Assembly: GCA_905235435.1 (NCBI GenBank)
Contig: CAJOLD010000009.1
Location: forward strand, 16,129-80,128
DNA length: 64,000 nt
Source of the DNA: an uncultured Lachnospiraceae bacterium
GTDB lineage: Bacteria; Bacillota; Clostridia; Lachnospirales; Lachnospiraceae
Direction: 5' to 3'
This document shows positions 51,919-62,156 of the stretch, in pieces. Every line of letters starts with the position of its first letter. Within the stretch, counting starts at the first letter, position 1. The notes beneath the pieces are model-generated. The model was not told where the DNA came from. It searched no databases and saw nothing but the letters and a program-made list of their open reading frames with translations. The translations under genes were made by a program, and so were the position numbers.

Positions 51919-52011
51919 TGATAGTACCTCCTTTAAAAAATGTGATTAATAAAATGTTGATCTATCTACAGGCCCTATGCCTAAGATACAAGGTTATAAA
52001 AGTTTGTCCGA

Positions 52012-52989
52012 TCAGGCGGCTTTCTTCTTTCCGCCGACCTTGAAGCCGCTTCTTCTTACGATATCCAGAAGTACGCAGACGACAACGATGATACCGATGA
52101 TGATGTTTCTCAGAGCCACCGGAACACCTGCCATGGTCAGGCCGTTCTGAAGGATGGCCCATACCGATGCGCCGGCGATCGTTCCGATCAGGTAACCGCT
52201 TCCGCCGAGGGTGGAGATACCGCCGATAACGGCTGCGGCAACACCGTACATCTCATAGGAAAGACCGGCCTGCATGGAGCCCATGCCGGCGGCTGCCATT
52301 GTGATCAGTCCTGCCGTGAAAGAGCAGAAGGACGAGATCATGTAAGCGGTCGCTGTGGTCTTGAAAACATTGACACCGGAAAGCCTTGCCGCGTCGACGT
52401 TGGAACCGATCGCGTAGATATGTCTGCCGGTCCTGGTGAAGTTCATCAGGTAGTTGAAGCAGAACCAGATGATCAGGACGATGATGATGACGCTCCAGTA
52501 GAACGGACCGATCACGCGCTTGTAATAGAAGATGTCGCGGAATAAGGTCTGTGCCTTGCCGCTTCCGATATCGCCGGTGTTGTAGTTGCCGTTTACCAGC
52601 TCCGCAAGGCCGCGGCAGATGGTCATCGTACCCAGGGTGCCGATGAAGGGCGGCAGTTTGAATTTACCGACCAGCACGCCGTTTACAAGTCCTACCGCCA
52701 GGCAGGCGACCAGGTCGATCAGGATGGCAAGCAGCGGATGAACGCCGTTGCAGATCAGCGTTGCCGAGATCATGGCGCTCATACCGAGCACGGAACCGAT
52801 CGAAAGATCGATATTTCCGGTGATACAGACGATACCCTGTCCGATACCTACCAGCAGATACGGGCAGATGGAGCGGACCAGCGGATACAGATTGCGCGTC
52901 CTGATAAAGTTCGGATTCATTATTGTAAATACGATCAGCAGGATCGCTACGCCTACATACGCAGTAACAACAGATGCATATTTTTTCAT
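52012..52989 (-). CDS. Sugar ABC permease (RbsC-like)
   Basis: GNIDLSIGS, PPFIGTLG, YAIGSN..AARLSG, AAAVIGG. Confidence 0.9.
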   Translation of the reverse strand: MKKYASVVTAYVGVAILLIVFTIMNPNFIRTRNLYPLVRSICPYLLVGIGQGIVCITGNIDLSIGSVLGMSAMISATLICNGVHPLLAILIDLVACLAVGLVNGVLVGKFKLPPFIGTLGTMTICRGLAELVNGNYNTGDIGSGKAQTLFRDIFYYKRVIGPFYWSVIIIVLIIWFCFNYLMNFTRTGRHIYAIGSNVDAARLSGVNVFKTTATAYMISSFCSFTAGLITMAAAGMGSMQAGLSYEMYGVAAAVIGGISTLGGSGYLIGTIAGASVWAILQNGLTMAGVPVALRNIIIGIIVVVCVLLDIVRRSGFKVGGKKKAA

Positions 52990-53022
52990 GATTGCTTCTC
53001 TCCTTCTTTCCAAATTAGAGCG

Positions 53023-54531
53023 TCACACAGCATTGTCTCCGAACTGCGTCGCATAGGTCATGATCTCTTCTTCTGTCGTATCTCTGGGATCCACCTCTCC
53101 GGTGATCTTTCCGTTGCACATCACGATGATGCGGTCTGAAATACCCATGACCTCCGGCATTTCCGAGGATACGATGATCACCGCGATACCGCGTTTCTTC
53201 AGATCGTTGATGATCTCGTAGATCTCGACTTTAGCCGCTACGTCGATACCTCTGGTCGGTTCGTCGAAGATGACGACCCTTGAATCCCTCGCCAGCCATT
53301 TGGCAACGACCACCTTCTGCTGGTTGCCGCCGGAAAGGCTCGCGGCCTCGTTCTCCGGGCTGGCCATCTTGATCGTCAGGGAACTTCTTCCCTTTTCGAT
53401 CATCTCGTTTTCGACCTTCTTATTGATCGTTCCGAAGGGCTTTCCGCAGATCAGGTCCAGATTCGGAAGCGCGATGTTGTCGCGGATCGAAAGCCTGGTG
53501 CAGAGACCCTCTTTCTTACGGTCTTCCGGCGCGAGCACGATACCCTGCCGGATCGCGTCCTCGGGACTGTTTATCACAAGCGACTTTCCGTCGAGAATGA
53601 TCTCTCCGCCCTCCTTCGGATCTGCTCCGAAGATCGCCCTCATGGTCTCCGTACGTCCCGCGCCGACCAGTCCTGAGAAGCCGAGGACTTCGCCCGCGTA
53701 GGCCTCAAAGGAAACATTTCTCACCATTCTGCCGGCGTTGAGGTTTTTGACCTCAAAGACTTTCTCGCCTTTCTCGACCAGATCCCTCGGGAACTGGTTC
53801 GTGATCGAACGGCCTACCATGTTCGCAATGATCTGGTCCATGGTGAAGTCTTCGAAGTTTCCTTCGGTAATGTACTGTCCGTCACGCATGATCGTGACGC
53901 GGTCCACAATGTGGTGAAGCTCCTGGAGACGATGGCTGATGTAAACGATCGCCGTGCCCTGTTCCCTCAGCGTCCTGACGATCCGGAACATCTCCGTGAT
54001 CTCAGCGTTCGAAAGTGAGGAAGAAGGCTCATCCATGACCAGGATCTTTGCGTTGATCAGAAGCGCCTTGCTGATCTCGACCATCTGCTGGCGGCCGACG
54101 GTAAGGTCTCCGACGGTGGTACGCGGATCCAGATCCGTAATACCAAGCTTTGACAGCTGATCTGTCGCCTGGCGGCACATTTCCTTAATGTCCAGACGTC
54201 CGTTTTTGGTAAGCTCACGGCCGAGGAACATATTCTCATATACAGTCAGGTGCTGGCACATGTTCAGCTCCTGATGGATGATTGCCACGCCCAGGTCCTG
54301 CGCCTGTTTTGTATTCAGGTCACCGACCTCCTGGTCAAAAATTTTGACCGTTCCGGAGTCTCTGGTGTAAACGCCCGAGAGGATCTTCATAAGCGTGGAT
54401 TTTCCCGCGCCGTTCTCCCCAAGCAGAGCCATTACTTCTCCGGGCTTTACATGGAGCTGGACATCGTCGAGCGCCTTAACGCCGGGAAAGGTCTTTGTAA
54501 TATGCTCCATAGAGACAGCATACTCGCTCAT
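53023..54531 (-). CDS. Sugar ABC ATP-binding protein (RbsA-like)
   Basis: FPGVKAL, GENGAGKST, IHQEL, PEDRK, LSGGNQQK, DEPTRGID. Confidence 0.92.
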   Translation of the reverse strand: MSEYAVSMEHITKTFPGVKALDDVQLHVKPGEVMALLGENGAGKSTLMKILSGVYTRDSGTVKIFDQEVGDLNTKQAQDLGVAIIHQELNMCQHLTVYENMFLGRELTKNGRLDIKEMCRQATDQLSKLGITDLDPRTTVGDLTVGRQQMVEISKALLINAKILVMDEPSSSLSNAEITEMFRIVRTLREQGTAIVYISHRLQELHHIVDRVTIMRDGQYITEGNFEDFTMDQIIANMVGRSITNQFPRDLVEKGEKVFEVKNLNAGRMVRNVSFEAYAGEVLGFSGLVGAGRTETMRAIFGADPKEGGEIILDGKSLVINSPEDAIRQGIVLAPEDRKKEGLCTRLSIRDNIALPNLDLICGKPFGTINKKVENEMIEKGRSSLTIKMASPENEAASLSGGNQQKVVVAKWLARDSRVVIFDEPTRGIDVAAKVEIYEIINDLKKRGIAVIIVSSEMPEVMGISDRIIVMCNGKITGEVDPRDTTEEEIMTYATQFGDNAV

Positions 54532-54629
54532 AGGTTACTCCTTCCTGCCAATAGTCCGTCTGTTTCGTCATTCAAACTCAAGCAGCCAGCCGCTGCAGAA
54601 CCTGCTGCCTGATACTGCTATCTGGAAAA

Positions 54630-54666
54630 AGCATACGCCGGTGAATTAATAAAGTCAATATACAAA
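54630..54666 (-). promoter_or_regulatory. Internal promoter of ABC genes with candidate ROK operator
   Basis: TTGACT (54653-58), 17 bp, TATGCT (54630-35); shares TTGACTTTATTAAT with the promoter at 58851-64. Confidence 0.65.
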
Positions 54667-54725
54667 GCACATTTCCCACAAATTGCATGAATATTCACCG
54701 AGCGTTTTGTTCACTTCTTACAAAA

Positions 54726-55412
54726 TCAGTCCTTTGCGGGCGGATACTCGTTGCAGAGCAGACGGTAAGCCGGCTCATCTTCCTCGATGGACGGGAAGCG
54801 GCCGAGCGGCTCCAGGAAACGGTTGTCGCAGTTATCGTCATTGCACATGGAGACTTCGCCGATCAGCGTGGGGATGGAGTCTTCCTTCACCGTGAACTCA
54901 TGATAATAGTACGGATACAGGGAGAGGCTCTCACCCGGCTCAAGGAGGATCTCGGAGCCGGCGGGCACATAGTAGCGGCGGCCGTCTCTGCAGATCAGCA
55001 CATCATTGACGAGGTCAAGCTGCTCGTCCTTGGTCGCGTTCCACAGACGGAATACGACAGTACCGCCTCCGCGGTTGATGATATCTTCCATCTTGTTCCA
55101 GTGGAAATGGTTGGGGGAGATCTGTCCCGGAAGGGTCATCATGATCTTCTCCGCATAGGTCTTCGTATATTTCGGATCATTGACGTTGCCGTTCCTGATC
55201 GTGATGAGGGAAAGGCCCTTCTTCTCGAAGTTGCCCTCGCCGTAGTCCGTGATGTCCCAGCCGAGCGCATTGTCCCTGATCTCATCATACTCATGTCCCT
55301 TGGTCTCCCACTCCTCGGGAGTAAAGGAAAGGAAGGGCGGAAGCTCGAACTTGTACTCCTTGAGGAGCGCTTCGAACTGCTTAATAACGGCGTTGATCTC
55401 TGAACGTTTCAT
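54726..55412 (-). CDS. D-lyxose/D-mannose-family sugar isomerase
   Basis: MKRSEIN, LGWDITD, YAEK, cupin HFHWNKMEDIINRGG, GEVSMCNDD..DNRF. Confidence 0.88.
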   Translation of the reverse strand: MKRSEINAVIKQFEALLKEYKFELPPFLSFTPEEWETKGHEYDEIRDNALGWDITDYGEGNFEKKGLSLITIRNGNVNDPKYTKTYAEKIMMTLPGQISPNHFHWNKMEDIINRGGGTVVFRLWNATKDEQLDLVNDVLICRDGRRYYVPAGSEILLEPGESLSLYPYYYHEFTVKEDSIPTLIGEVSMCNDDNCDNRFLEPLGRFPSIEEDEPAYRLLCNEYPPAKD

Positions 55413-55450
55413 AATGTTCTCCTTTCTTTGTTCTTTATATCCGATGCCGC

Positions 55451-56516
55451 CTATGAAAGGGCGGCGATCTTCTCATATTCAGCGAGGGCCGCGCTGATCT
55501 CCTCCGCGCCGTCCAGCACGGTAAAGCGGATCTGCCTGCGCTGCTTCTCAAAGGGTCCGATCTTCGGGACGCAGTCCCTCTCATGATGCCACGTGCGTCC
55601 GAAAACGCTCGCGTTGGCGGGCTCCAGACCGATGACATAATCGCCGGAGGCCGTCGACTTCCACTCCATGAAGTACGGAAGGTTCGACACGTTCCAGGAG
55701 AGCGCGAGGCCGATCCCGTACTTTTCGTTGACGGCAACAGCCATGGTATTCCCCTCCGGCCTCCGGGTCAGCCTTCAGATCATGGATAAATACATATTCC
55801 GGTTCGCCGTCCTTCGGCGCGTCCATCCTGTCGTACCTCTCCTCGTGCCCGCGCGCGTCAGAGTCTCTCGCCGTCACCTTCCGGGTGGGCAGATAAAGGC
55901 GCAGGTCCTCGTCGAGGAAGGGCCAGCCGAGATTGATGTGATAAAGCACCATCAGCGCTTCTTCGCTGCACGATTCGTTGATGAACTCGTCCTCCAGGAG
56001 GATCGACTTCTCCCCGTAAACGCTTGTCAGCGACCGGCGCAGAACAAGGTTCTCTCCGAAGAGCATAGCCTCCCTCATCTCGCCGGAGATCCGAAGAACG
56101 TACTTCCCGTCCTCCCAGGAAGCGTCCGCGCACAGATGCTCCGCGGGCGTCGTGCGGATCCTTCCGTGCATCGGATAGTCCGTCCCCTCTATGGTGCAGG
56201 GCGCGCAGATATTTTCGAGCCCCGCCGTAAAGAACAGCCCGCCCATGATGCTGCGCTGCGCTTCCGCCCCGTTCGTGTCATAGTGCGCCCTGCCCTGCAG
56301 GCCGGGCTTGGACAGAAAGGTAAGGTTCATCCCCTTATAGGAGAGCGCGGAGACATCCAGGCACTTGTCCGCAAGGACCTGGTAGGAAAGAGCACCGCAT
56401 TTGACGTCATAGGCGCTCATCCCGCGGCTCCTGCCCTCCGCGAACACGACAGGCCGGATGTAGGCCGCCTGCTGCATGGAACCCGCATACTTTAAAATAT
56501 CGCTGCTGCCGCTCAT
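55451..56516 (-). pseudogene. DUF4432 / aldose-1-epimerase-like protein, frameshifted by a 7-bp duplication
   Basis: GLENI..P, HGR, LYHINLG and the C-terminal WK..SGDYVIGLEP are split over two frames; CCTCCGG occurs twice at 55753-66. Confidence 0.82.
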
Positions 56517-56540
56517 TTGCGCCTCCTCTCAAAAGAGCTC

Positions 56541-57113
56541 TCACTCGAGGTTTGCGTGATATTTCCAGAGGGACTTCATATCCAGCCCCTTCTCCTCAAT
56601 GATCATCTTCGCAAGGATATCGCCGACAAGGAGGACGCTCTGCTCAAACAGAGACGTCATGGGCTGGCACGAATCGATCTCGTCGTCCAGGTAGAATTTG
56701 GTCCTCACCGGGATCCTGACCATAAAGTCGGCAATGTCCTTCATCTCACTGTTCGGGTTCGACCCGATGTGGACGATTTTGCAGCCGGCCGCGCTTCTGG
56801 CCTTCTTCGCGATCCCGAGGGGGAACAGGGAAGCGCCGGAACCGGAGCCGACGATCAGCAGATCGTCCTTCGTGATGGCAGGCTCCGTGATCTCGCCGAC
56901 GATATGCGCGTTGATCCCGAGATGCGCAAGGCGTTTACATACACACTCAAGCGCGAGCAGCACGCGCCCCACGCCCACAAAAAAGACCTGGTCCGCCGCG
57001 AGGATCTCGTCCCGAAGCTGCAAAAGCTGCTGCGGATCCACCGCCTTCAGCGTCCTTTGAAGCTCCGCGAGCACCTCATCACATGCTTTCGTATATTCTT
57101 CACCGAATCCCAT
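56541..57113 (-). CDS. hxlB: 6-phospho-3-hexuloisomerase-like SIS protein
   Basis: GVGR, RLAHLG, VGEITEPAI, GSGSG, PMTSLFEQ, C-terminal HANLE. Confidence 0.8.
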   Translation of the reverse strand: MGFGEEYTKACDEVLAELQRTLKAVDPQQLLQLRDEILAADQVFFVGVGRVLLALECVCKRLAHLGINAHIVGEITEPAITKDDLLIVGSGSGASLFPLGIAKKARSAAGCKIVHIGSNPNSEMKDIADFMVRIPVRTKFYLDDEIDSCQPMTSLFEQSVLLVGDILAKMIIEEKGLDMKSLWKYHANLE

Positions 57114-57117
57114 CTGC

Positions 57118-57834
57118 TCACCCTCTCTTTCCGCCTGATACGGAGGCGCGCAGCGCCTCAAGGCTCTCAAGGCTCCCGGCCAGGTCATTCCTGTCGATGC
57201 AGGTGCTTCCCGTTACAAAAAGATTGACCGTGCCGTCTCCGTAGGTCTCCAGGTCCTTCCTGGAGATCCTGCCGTCCACCTCGATCTTTGTATCGAGCCC
57301 GCGCTCGTCGATCATCCTGCGAAGGTCACGGATCTTGCGGTCCGCGTAGGGGACCTGCTTTTCACCCTTCACAAAGGCGTAGCCCGGGTTGATGAGCATC
57401 AGAAGGACCGTATCGCATTTCTCAAGGACATAGTCCACAGCGGAAAGCGGTGTCGCGGGACGCAGGGCAACGCCCGCGCGCACTCCCGCGGCATGGATCC
57501 TGTTCAGCATGCCGTCGATATGCGGCTGTGTCTCGGCGTGAAAAACGATCTGCTCTACGCCGATATCGAGCAGTTCGTCGACGAAGTAATCCTGCTGGGT
57601 CACCATGACGTGGCAGTCGAACTGAAGGTCCGTCTTCGCCCGAAGCTGCCGGACTGTGTCCAGTCCGAGCGGCATGCTCGGGGAGAAATGCCCGTCAAGG
57701 ATATCTACGTGCAGCATGGAGATCCCCGCCTGTTCAAGGATCCTGCACTGGCTCTCGAGGTTGCACATATCAAGGCAGATCAGGGAAGGAGACAGAATAC
57801 AGGATTCCTTCCATACTTCAGCAGTATTTTGCAT
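57118..57834 (-). CDS. Ribulose-phosphate 3-epimerase family (AlsE/Rpe-like)
   Basis: LSPSL, HVDILDGHF, DCHVM, FHAE, INPG, EVDG. Confidence 0.85.
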   Translation of the reverse strand: MQNTAEVWKESCILSPSLICLDMCNLESQCRILEQAGISMLHVDILDGHFSPSMPLGLDTVRQLRAKTDLQFDCHVMVTQQDYFVDELLDIGVEQIVFHAETQPHIDGMLNRIHAAGVRAGVALRPATPLSAVDYVLEKCDTVLLMLINPGYAFVKGEKQVPYADRKIRDLRRMIDERGLDTKIEVDGRISRKDLETYGDGTVNLFVTGSTCIDRNDLAGSLESLEALRASVSGGKRG

Positions 57835-57850
57835 CCTCTCACCCCTCTTC

Positions 57851-58795
57851 TCACCCGTTTTCGCGGATGTATGCTTCGATCTGTTCCCTGGTCGGGATAG
57901 AGGCGATCGCGCCCTTCTGCTGTACGCAGATGCAGCCGGACACATTGCCGTACGCCATGGCTTCCTTCAGCTTGTCAGCCGTAAGGTCGGCGGTCTTTTC
58001 GACCCCGAGGATGCGCAGCTTCGAAAGGAAGCCGCCCCAGAAAGCGTCGCCGGCGCCGGTCGCGTCAACGGCCTTCACCTTCCTGCCGGCCACTTCGAAG
58101 GTCTCCCCGCCGAAATAAACGCGGGCGCCCTTGCTGCCGAGCGTCTCGACGATCACCGCAATACCGTACTTCTCCATGAGTCCCGGAAGCGCGGCCTCGC
58201 CGCCCATCATCTCCACTTCCTCCTCGGAGATCTTGAGAAGATCCACGTACTGCAGGATATCCATGACAGCCGCGGTGCATCCCTCAATATCGTCATTCCA
58301 CATGACGTTGCGGTAGTTGACGTCAAAGCTGACGATCTTTCCCTTTTCTTTGCCGAGCTTTAAGGCGCGGATGGTCGCCGCCGCCTCCGGCTGCGCGGAA
58401 AGGGAGCAGGAACCGGCGTGGATGATCACGCTGTCTGCGATATCCGCCTCTTTTACGTCCTCCTCGGCAAGGAGCATGTCCGCTCCGGGCTTTCTCGCGA
58501 AGGTAAAGAGACGTTCTCCGTCTTCCTGCAGCGTCACAAAGGCCATGGTCGTAATGGCTTCTTTGCAGAGCTCGGGGCTCGCCGCGCGCACGTTATACTC
58601 ATCCAGGGTCTTCATCAGGAAGCGCCCGAAGTCGTCCTCGCCGACCTTGCAGCACATGCTGGCCGAAAGGCCGTTCTTGGCCGCGGCGATCGCGACATTG
58701 GCGGGGGCGCCGCCGGCCTTGCGGATGTAGCTGGCTTCCTCGCTGCCCGGGATGAAATCAATGACCATTTCACCAATTGCGTAAAGATCTGTCAT
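57851..58795 (-). CDS. PfkB-family (fructokinase-like) carbohydrate kinase
   Basis: GEMVID, GGAPANVA, DGERLF, FDVNYR, KISEEE, DATGAGDAF. Confidence 0.9.
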   Translation of the reverse strand: MTDLYAIGEMVIDFIPGSEEASYIRKAGGAPANVAIAAAKNGLSASMCCKVGEDDFGRFLMKTLDEYNVRAASPELCKEAITTMAFVTLQEDGERLFTFARKPGADMLLAEEDVKEADIADSVIIHAGSCSLSAQPEAAATIRALKLGKEKGKIVSFDVNYRNVMWNDDIEGCTAAVMDILQYVDLLKISEEEVEMMGGEAALPGLMEKYGIAVIVETLGSKGARVYFGGETFEVAGRKVKAVDATGAGDAFWGGFLSKLRILGVEKTADLTADKLKEAMAYGNVSGCICVQQKGAIASIPTREQIEAYIRENG

Positions 58796-58835
58796 AATTC
58801 TTCCTCCTGTGGAATCCACCCAAATTGTTAAAATA

Positions 58836-58872
58836 AGTATACGTTTGCCTATTAATAAAGTCAACACACTAA
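58836..58872 (-). promoter_or_regulatory. Promoter of sugar catabolic operon with candidate ROK operator
   Basis: TTGACT (58859-64), 17 bp, TATACT (58836-41). Confidence 0.72.
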
Positions 58873-58956
58873 TATCTGAATCGTATAAACTGCCGTTATT
58901 TGCGACTCTCCTTTGTGCATGTTTACCAATGGCACTCCTCTCGCGCTCCTTTCACG

Positions 58957-60111
58957 TCACGACAGCAGGTTGCCCGCAAAGACTTCCGAGATCGCATTGC
59001 AGGCCGCGCCCAGAACGTGGCATTTGTCTCCGAAGAAGGTCTTCCGGACGTAGGTCCTGGTATCCCTGTTCCCGAACTTGTGCAGGTTGATCTCATCCTC
59101 GATCTGCCGGATGTACCGGTCGGGCCAGAGGTCGCAGTCCATGGCGAGCAGAACGATCTGCGAGTTGAGGACGTTCAGCGTGCTGACGATGCCCGCGGAA
59201 AGGCGGTCGATCGTCTCCTCCATGACCGAATCCACATCCGGGATATTGCGGCTCAGGAAATCCGCGTAGGTAAGGGAGAGGCCCGTCTTCTGCCGCATCC
59301 GGTCCAGGACGGTCGCCGAGTTGACGTACATTTCCAGGCAGCCGACATTCCCGCAGGCGCAGACCAGACCTTTATTGTCGATGCTGACATGCCCGATCTC
59401 CGGCGCGTAGCCGGTCTCGCTGTGCAGACGGCTCCCGCCGATCAGGATGCCGCAGCCCACGCCGCGGTTGATGCCGACCAGGAGCACGTCCTGAAAGCCG
59501 CGCGCGTTCCCGTAGAGATACTCCGCCTTGACGGCGCTCTGGTTATCATGGTCAAAAAATACGGGGAGGTGGTAGCGCTCCTCGAGCAGCGTTTTCAGTT
59601 CGAAGTTGGTGATCCCGCAAAAGTACATGGGATCGATGATCTTTCCTTCCCGGAGGCTGACAGGGCCGATGGAAGCCGCGCCGATGGCGATGACCCTCGT
59701 CTCCCCCTCGAGCAGGTGGTCCAGCAGATAAAAGATCGAGTCCGCCAGATCCTTTTTGCTGTCAAACTCCCGGACCAGCTTCTCCGACCGCATGATCCCG
59801 AGCTGCATATCGCAGATCACGGCCTCACAGAAGCCGCGCTGCACGAGGATTCCCGCAAACAGCGGCGCGTTCGGGGAGATGTCCAGGCCGATCGGATTTC
59901 TGCCGATCCCGGAATCACTCTCCTTCTCGGTCTCCGTCAGCATCCCCTCCTCGATAAGGCCGCCGACGATCTGGGAGATCGCGGTCTTGGTCAGGCCCAT
60001 GCGCCTGGAAAGATCGATCCTCGACGTGCATTCCCTGGTCGCGACAAGCTGCAGAAGAAGACCCCGGTTGCTCTTTTTCTGATTATCTCTGTTGACACCC
60101 CGCTTGCTCAT
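58957..60111 (-). CDS. ROK-family transcriptional regulator
   Basis: N-terminal HTH ([14 protein letters not shown]), [22 protein letters not shown]. Confidence 0.92.
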   Translation of the reverse strand: MSKRGVNRDNQKKSNRGLLLQLVATRECTSRIDLSRRMGLTKTAISQIVGGLIEEGMLTETEKESDSGIGRNPIGLDISPNAPLFAGILVQRGFCEAVICDMQLGIMRSEKLVREFDSKKDLADSIFYLLDHLLEGETRVIAIGAASIGPVSLREGKIIDPMYFCGITNFELKTLLEERYHLPVFFDHDNQSAVKAEYLYGNARGFQDVLLVGINRGVGCGILIGGSRLHSETGYAPEIGHVSIDNKGLVCACGNVGCLEMYVNSATVLDRMRQKTGLSLTYADFLSRNIPDVDSVMEETIDRLSAGIVSTLNVLNSQIVLLAMDCDLWPDRYIRQIEDEINLHKFGNRDTRTYVRKTFFGDKCHVLGAACNAISEVFAGNLLS

Positions 60112-60563
60112 AACAATTCTCCATCCTCCGCGGTAAGTACGACGGTAAAGGGGCCGTCATTGACCAGCGAGACCTTCATGTCCTCGCCGAAGCGGCCTGT
60201 TTCAACAGTAAATCCCTGCTCTCTGCAGGACTTTGTCACGTATTCATAGAGCGGCAGGGCAATTTCCGGCCCGGCCGCATCCGTAAACGAGGGCCGGTTC
60301 CCCTTCCGGCAGTCCGCGTACAGCGTGAACTGCGAGATCATCAGAAGGGAGCCGCCGACGTCACGAAGAGAAAGGTTCGTCTTTCCCTGTTCATCCTCAA
60401 AGATCCGAAGTCCGCAGAGCTTGCGCACCAGGCGGTCCGCTTCCGCTTCGGTATCGCTCTTTCCGATGCCGACAAGGACCAGGAGCCCTTTCCCGATCGA
60501 TCCGCAGACCTCTCCGTCTATGGCAACACTGGCGCTTGTGACGCGCTGAATGACAAATTTCAT
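60108..60563 (-). CDS. dtd: D-aminoacyl-tRNA deacylase
   Basis: VIQRV, LRIFED, SQFTL, GNRPSF, NDGPFT. Confidence 0.95.
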   Translation of the reverse strand: MKFVIQRVTSASVAIDGEVCGSIGKGLLVLVGIGKSDTEAEADRLVRKLCGLRIFEDEQGKTNLSLRDVGGSLLMISQFTLYADCRKGNRPSFTDAAGPEIALPLYEYVTKSCREQGFTVETGRFGEDMKVSLVNDGPFTVVLTAEDGELL

Positions 60564-61588
60564 GATGGACCTCCAGACCGGCCCGCTCTGAGTTTCTCAA
60601 GGAGCTTTTCAAAGTACTCCGGAAGCGGTGCCTCAAAACTTACAGTTTCCCCGGTCGCCGGATGAACGAACCCCAGCGTCATTGCGTGCAGCGTCTGACC
60701 CTGCAGACCCTTCACCGGACATTTCGCGGGGCCGTAAACGGCATCCCCCAGAACGGGATGGCCGATGCTGCTCATATGCACGCGGATCTGATGGGTCCGC
60801 CCGGTCTCCAGCTCGCAGGCGATATAGGTATAGCTGCCAAATCTCTCCAGGACCCGGTAGTGCGTCACTGCCCGCCGGCCGCCTTTCGCGACGGCCATCT
60901 TCAGGCGGTCCGTCGGATGCCGTCCGATGGGGGCGTCCACGGTCCCCTCGTCCTGTTTGATATTTCCGTGGACGATCGCCCGGTACTGGCGGGTGATCGA
61001 GTGCTCCTGCAGCTGCTGGGCCAGGGAGCGCTGCGCCCTGTCCGTCTTGCAGACGACGAGGAGCCCCGTCGTATCCTGGTCGATCCTGTGGACGATCCCC
61101 GGGCGGAGCGGGTCGTCCCCGGCCGCCAGCGCGCTGCCGCAGTGGAACATTACCGCGTTCACGAGCGTTCCGTCGGCATGTCCCCTCGCCGGATGCACCA
61201 CCATCCCCTTCGGCTTGTTGACGATCAGGATGCTCTCGTCCTCATAGACGATATCGAGCGGGATGTCCTGCGGCGAAGCATTCAGCTGCTCCCGCTCGGT
61301 CACGGTCAGTTCGTAGACGGCCCCGCCCTTTACCGGCGCGCCCGGTTTCTTGATGATCTCCCCCGCAGGGGCCTCGTCGGCGTCATCGTCCGGCGACAGT
61401 TCCTCCTCCAGCAGCGTTTCCCCCTCCGGAAGCTCTGCGTCATCCGCCCTGCGGAATGCGCCGCCGCGGATGAGGGACTGGATAAAGGACCTGGAGTACT
61501 CCGGCAGCCGGCCGGTCAGGAACACATCCGCCCGCAAAAGATCGTCATCTTCCCCCGCGCGGATCAGGACCCTTTTCGTCTTTCCCAT
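60560..61588 (-). CDS. RluA-family pseudouridine synthase (RluD-like)
   Basis: S4-like N-terminus, [34 protein letters not shown]; start uncertain. Confidence 0.9.
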   Translation of the reverse strand: MGKTKRVLIRAGEDDDLLRADVFLTGRLPEYSRSFIQSLIRGGAFRRADDAELPEGETLLEEELSPDDDADEAPAGEIIKKPGAPVKGGAVYELTVTEREQLNASPQDIPLDIVYEDESILIVNKPKGMVVHPARGHADGTLVNAVMFHCGSALAAGDDPLRPGIVHRIDQDTTGLLVVCKTDRAQRSLAQQLQEHSITRQYRAIVHGNIKQDEGTVDAPIGRHPTDRLKMAVAKGGRRAVTHYRVLERFGSYTYIACELETGRTHQIRVHMSSIGHPVLGDAVYGPAKCPVKGLQGQTLHAMTLGFVHPATGETVSFEAPLPEYFEKLLEKLRAGRSGGPS

Positions 61589-62156
61589 TCTCTTCCTCCC
61601 CGGCATTCTCCGGCCCGTTTCCGGTATTCTTCCCCGCAAGCCGCCAAAGCTCATCCTCCGGGTAGACAAAGACCAGCAGGATGAGGAGAACGGCCGTGGA
61701 GATCACGACGTACATATCGGCCAGGTTAAAGACAGGAAAATGGATGGCCGAAACATAGATAAAATCGATCACAAAGCCGCGCGCGACCCGGTCGATCATG
61801 TTGCCGAGCGCGCCGGCGGCAAGAAAAAGAGCCGCGGCCTTCAGGGCCCTGCCCTCTCCGCGGGGCAGTCCGGCCACGGCCCGGATGCAGGCGGCGGATA
61901 TCACGGCCGCGAGCAGGACAAAGAGCCACTGCCGGTTTTGGAGCATGCCGAAGGCAGCCCCTCTGTTTTCAACATAGCGAAGCTCTAAAATGCCGGGAAT
62001 CAGCACTGCGGGGCCCTTTCCCTCAAGGGCGCCCTTTGCGGCGATTTTGGTGATCTGGTCCGGCAGGATCAAAATGGCAGTGAGAATCCCCATCCGGAGG
62101 ATCCGCGCGGCAAGGCTCTCCCCCGCCGCCTGCTCCGGATGGCCTGTGCGCCTCAC
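61545..62156 (-). CDS. lspA: Lipoprotein signal peptidase
   Basis: DQITK, NRGAAFG, GALGNMIDR, VIDF, FPVFNLAD; start uncertain. Confidence 0.9.
   Translation of the reverse strand: MRRTGHPEQAAGESLAARILRMGILTAILILPDQITKIAAKGALEGKGPAVLIPGILELRYVENRGAAFGMLQNRQWLFVLLAAVISAACIRAVAGLPRGEGRALKAAALFLAAGALGNMIDRVARGFVIDFIYVSAIHFPVFNLADMYVVISTAVLLILLVFVYPEDELWRLAGKNTGNGPENAGEEENGKDEKGPDPRGGR

Noticed and set aside
57157..57174. 9-bp tandem repeat CTCAAGGCT x2 in the epimerase 3' end
   Set aside because: In frame (SLE-SLE) within a plausible terminal helix; cannot be shown to be a lesion without homologue alignment.
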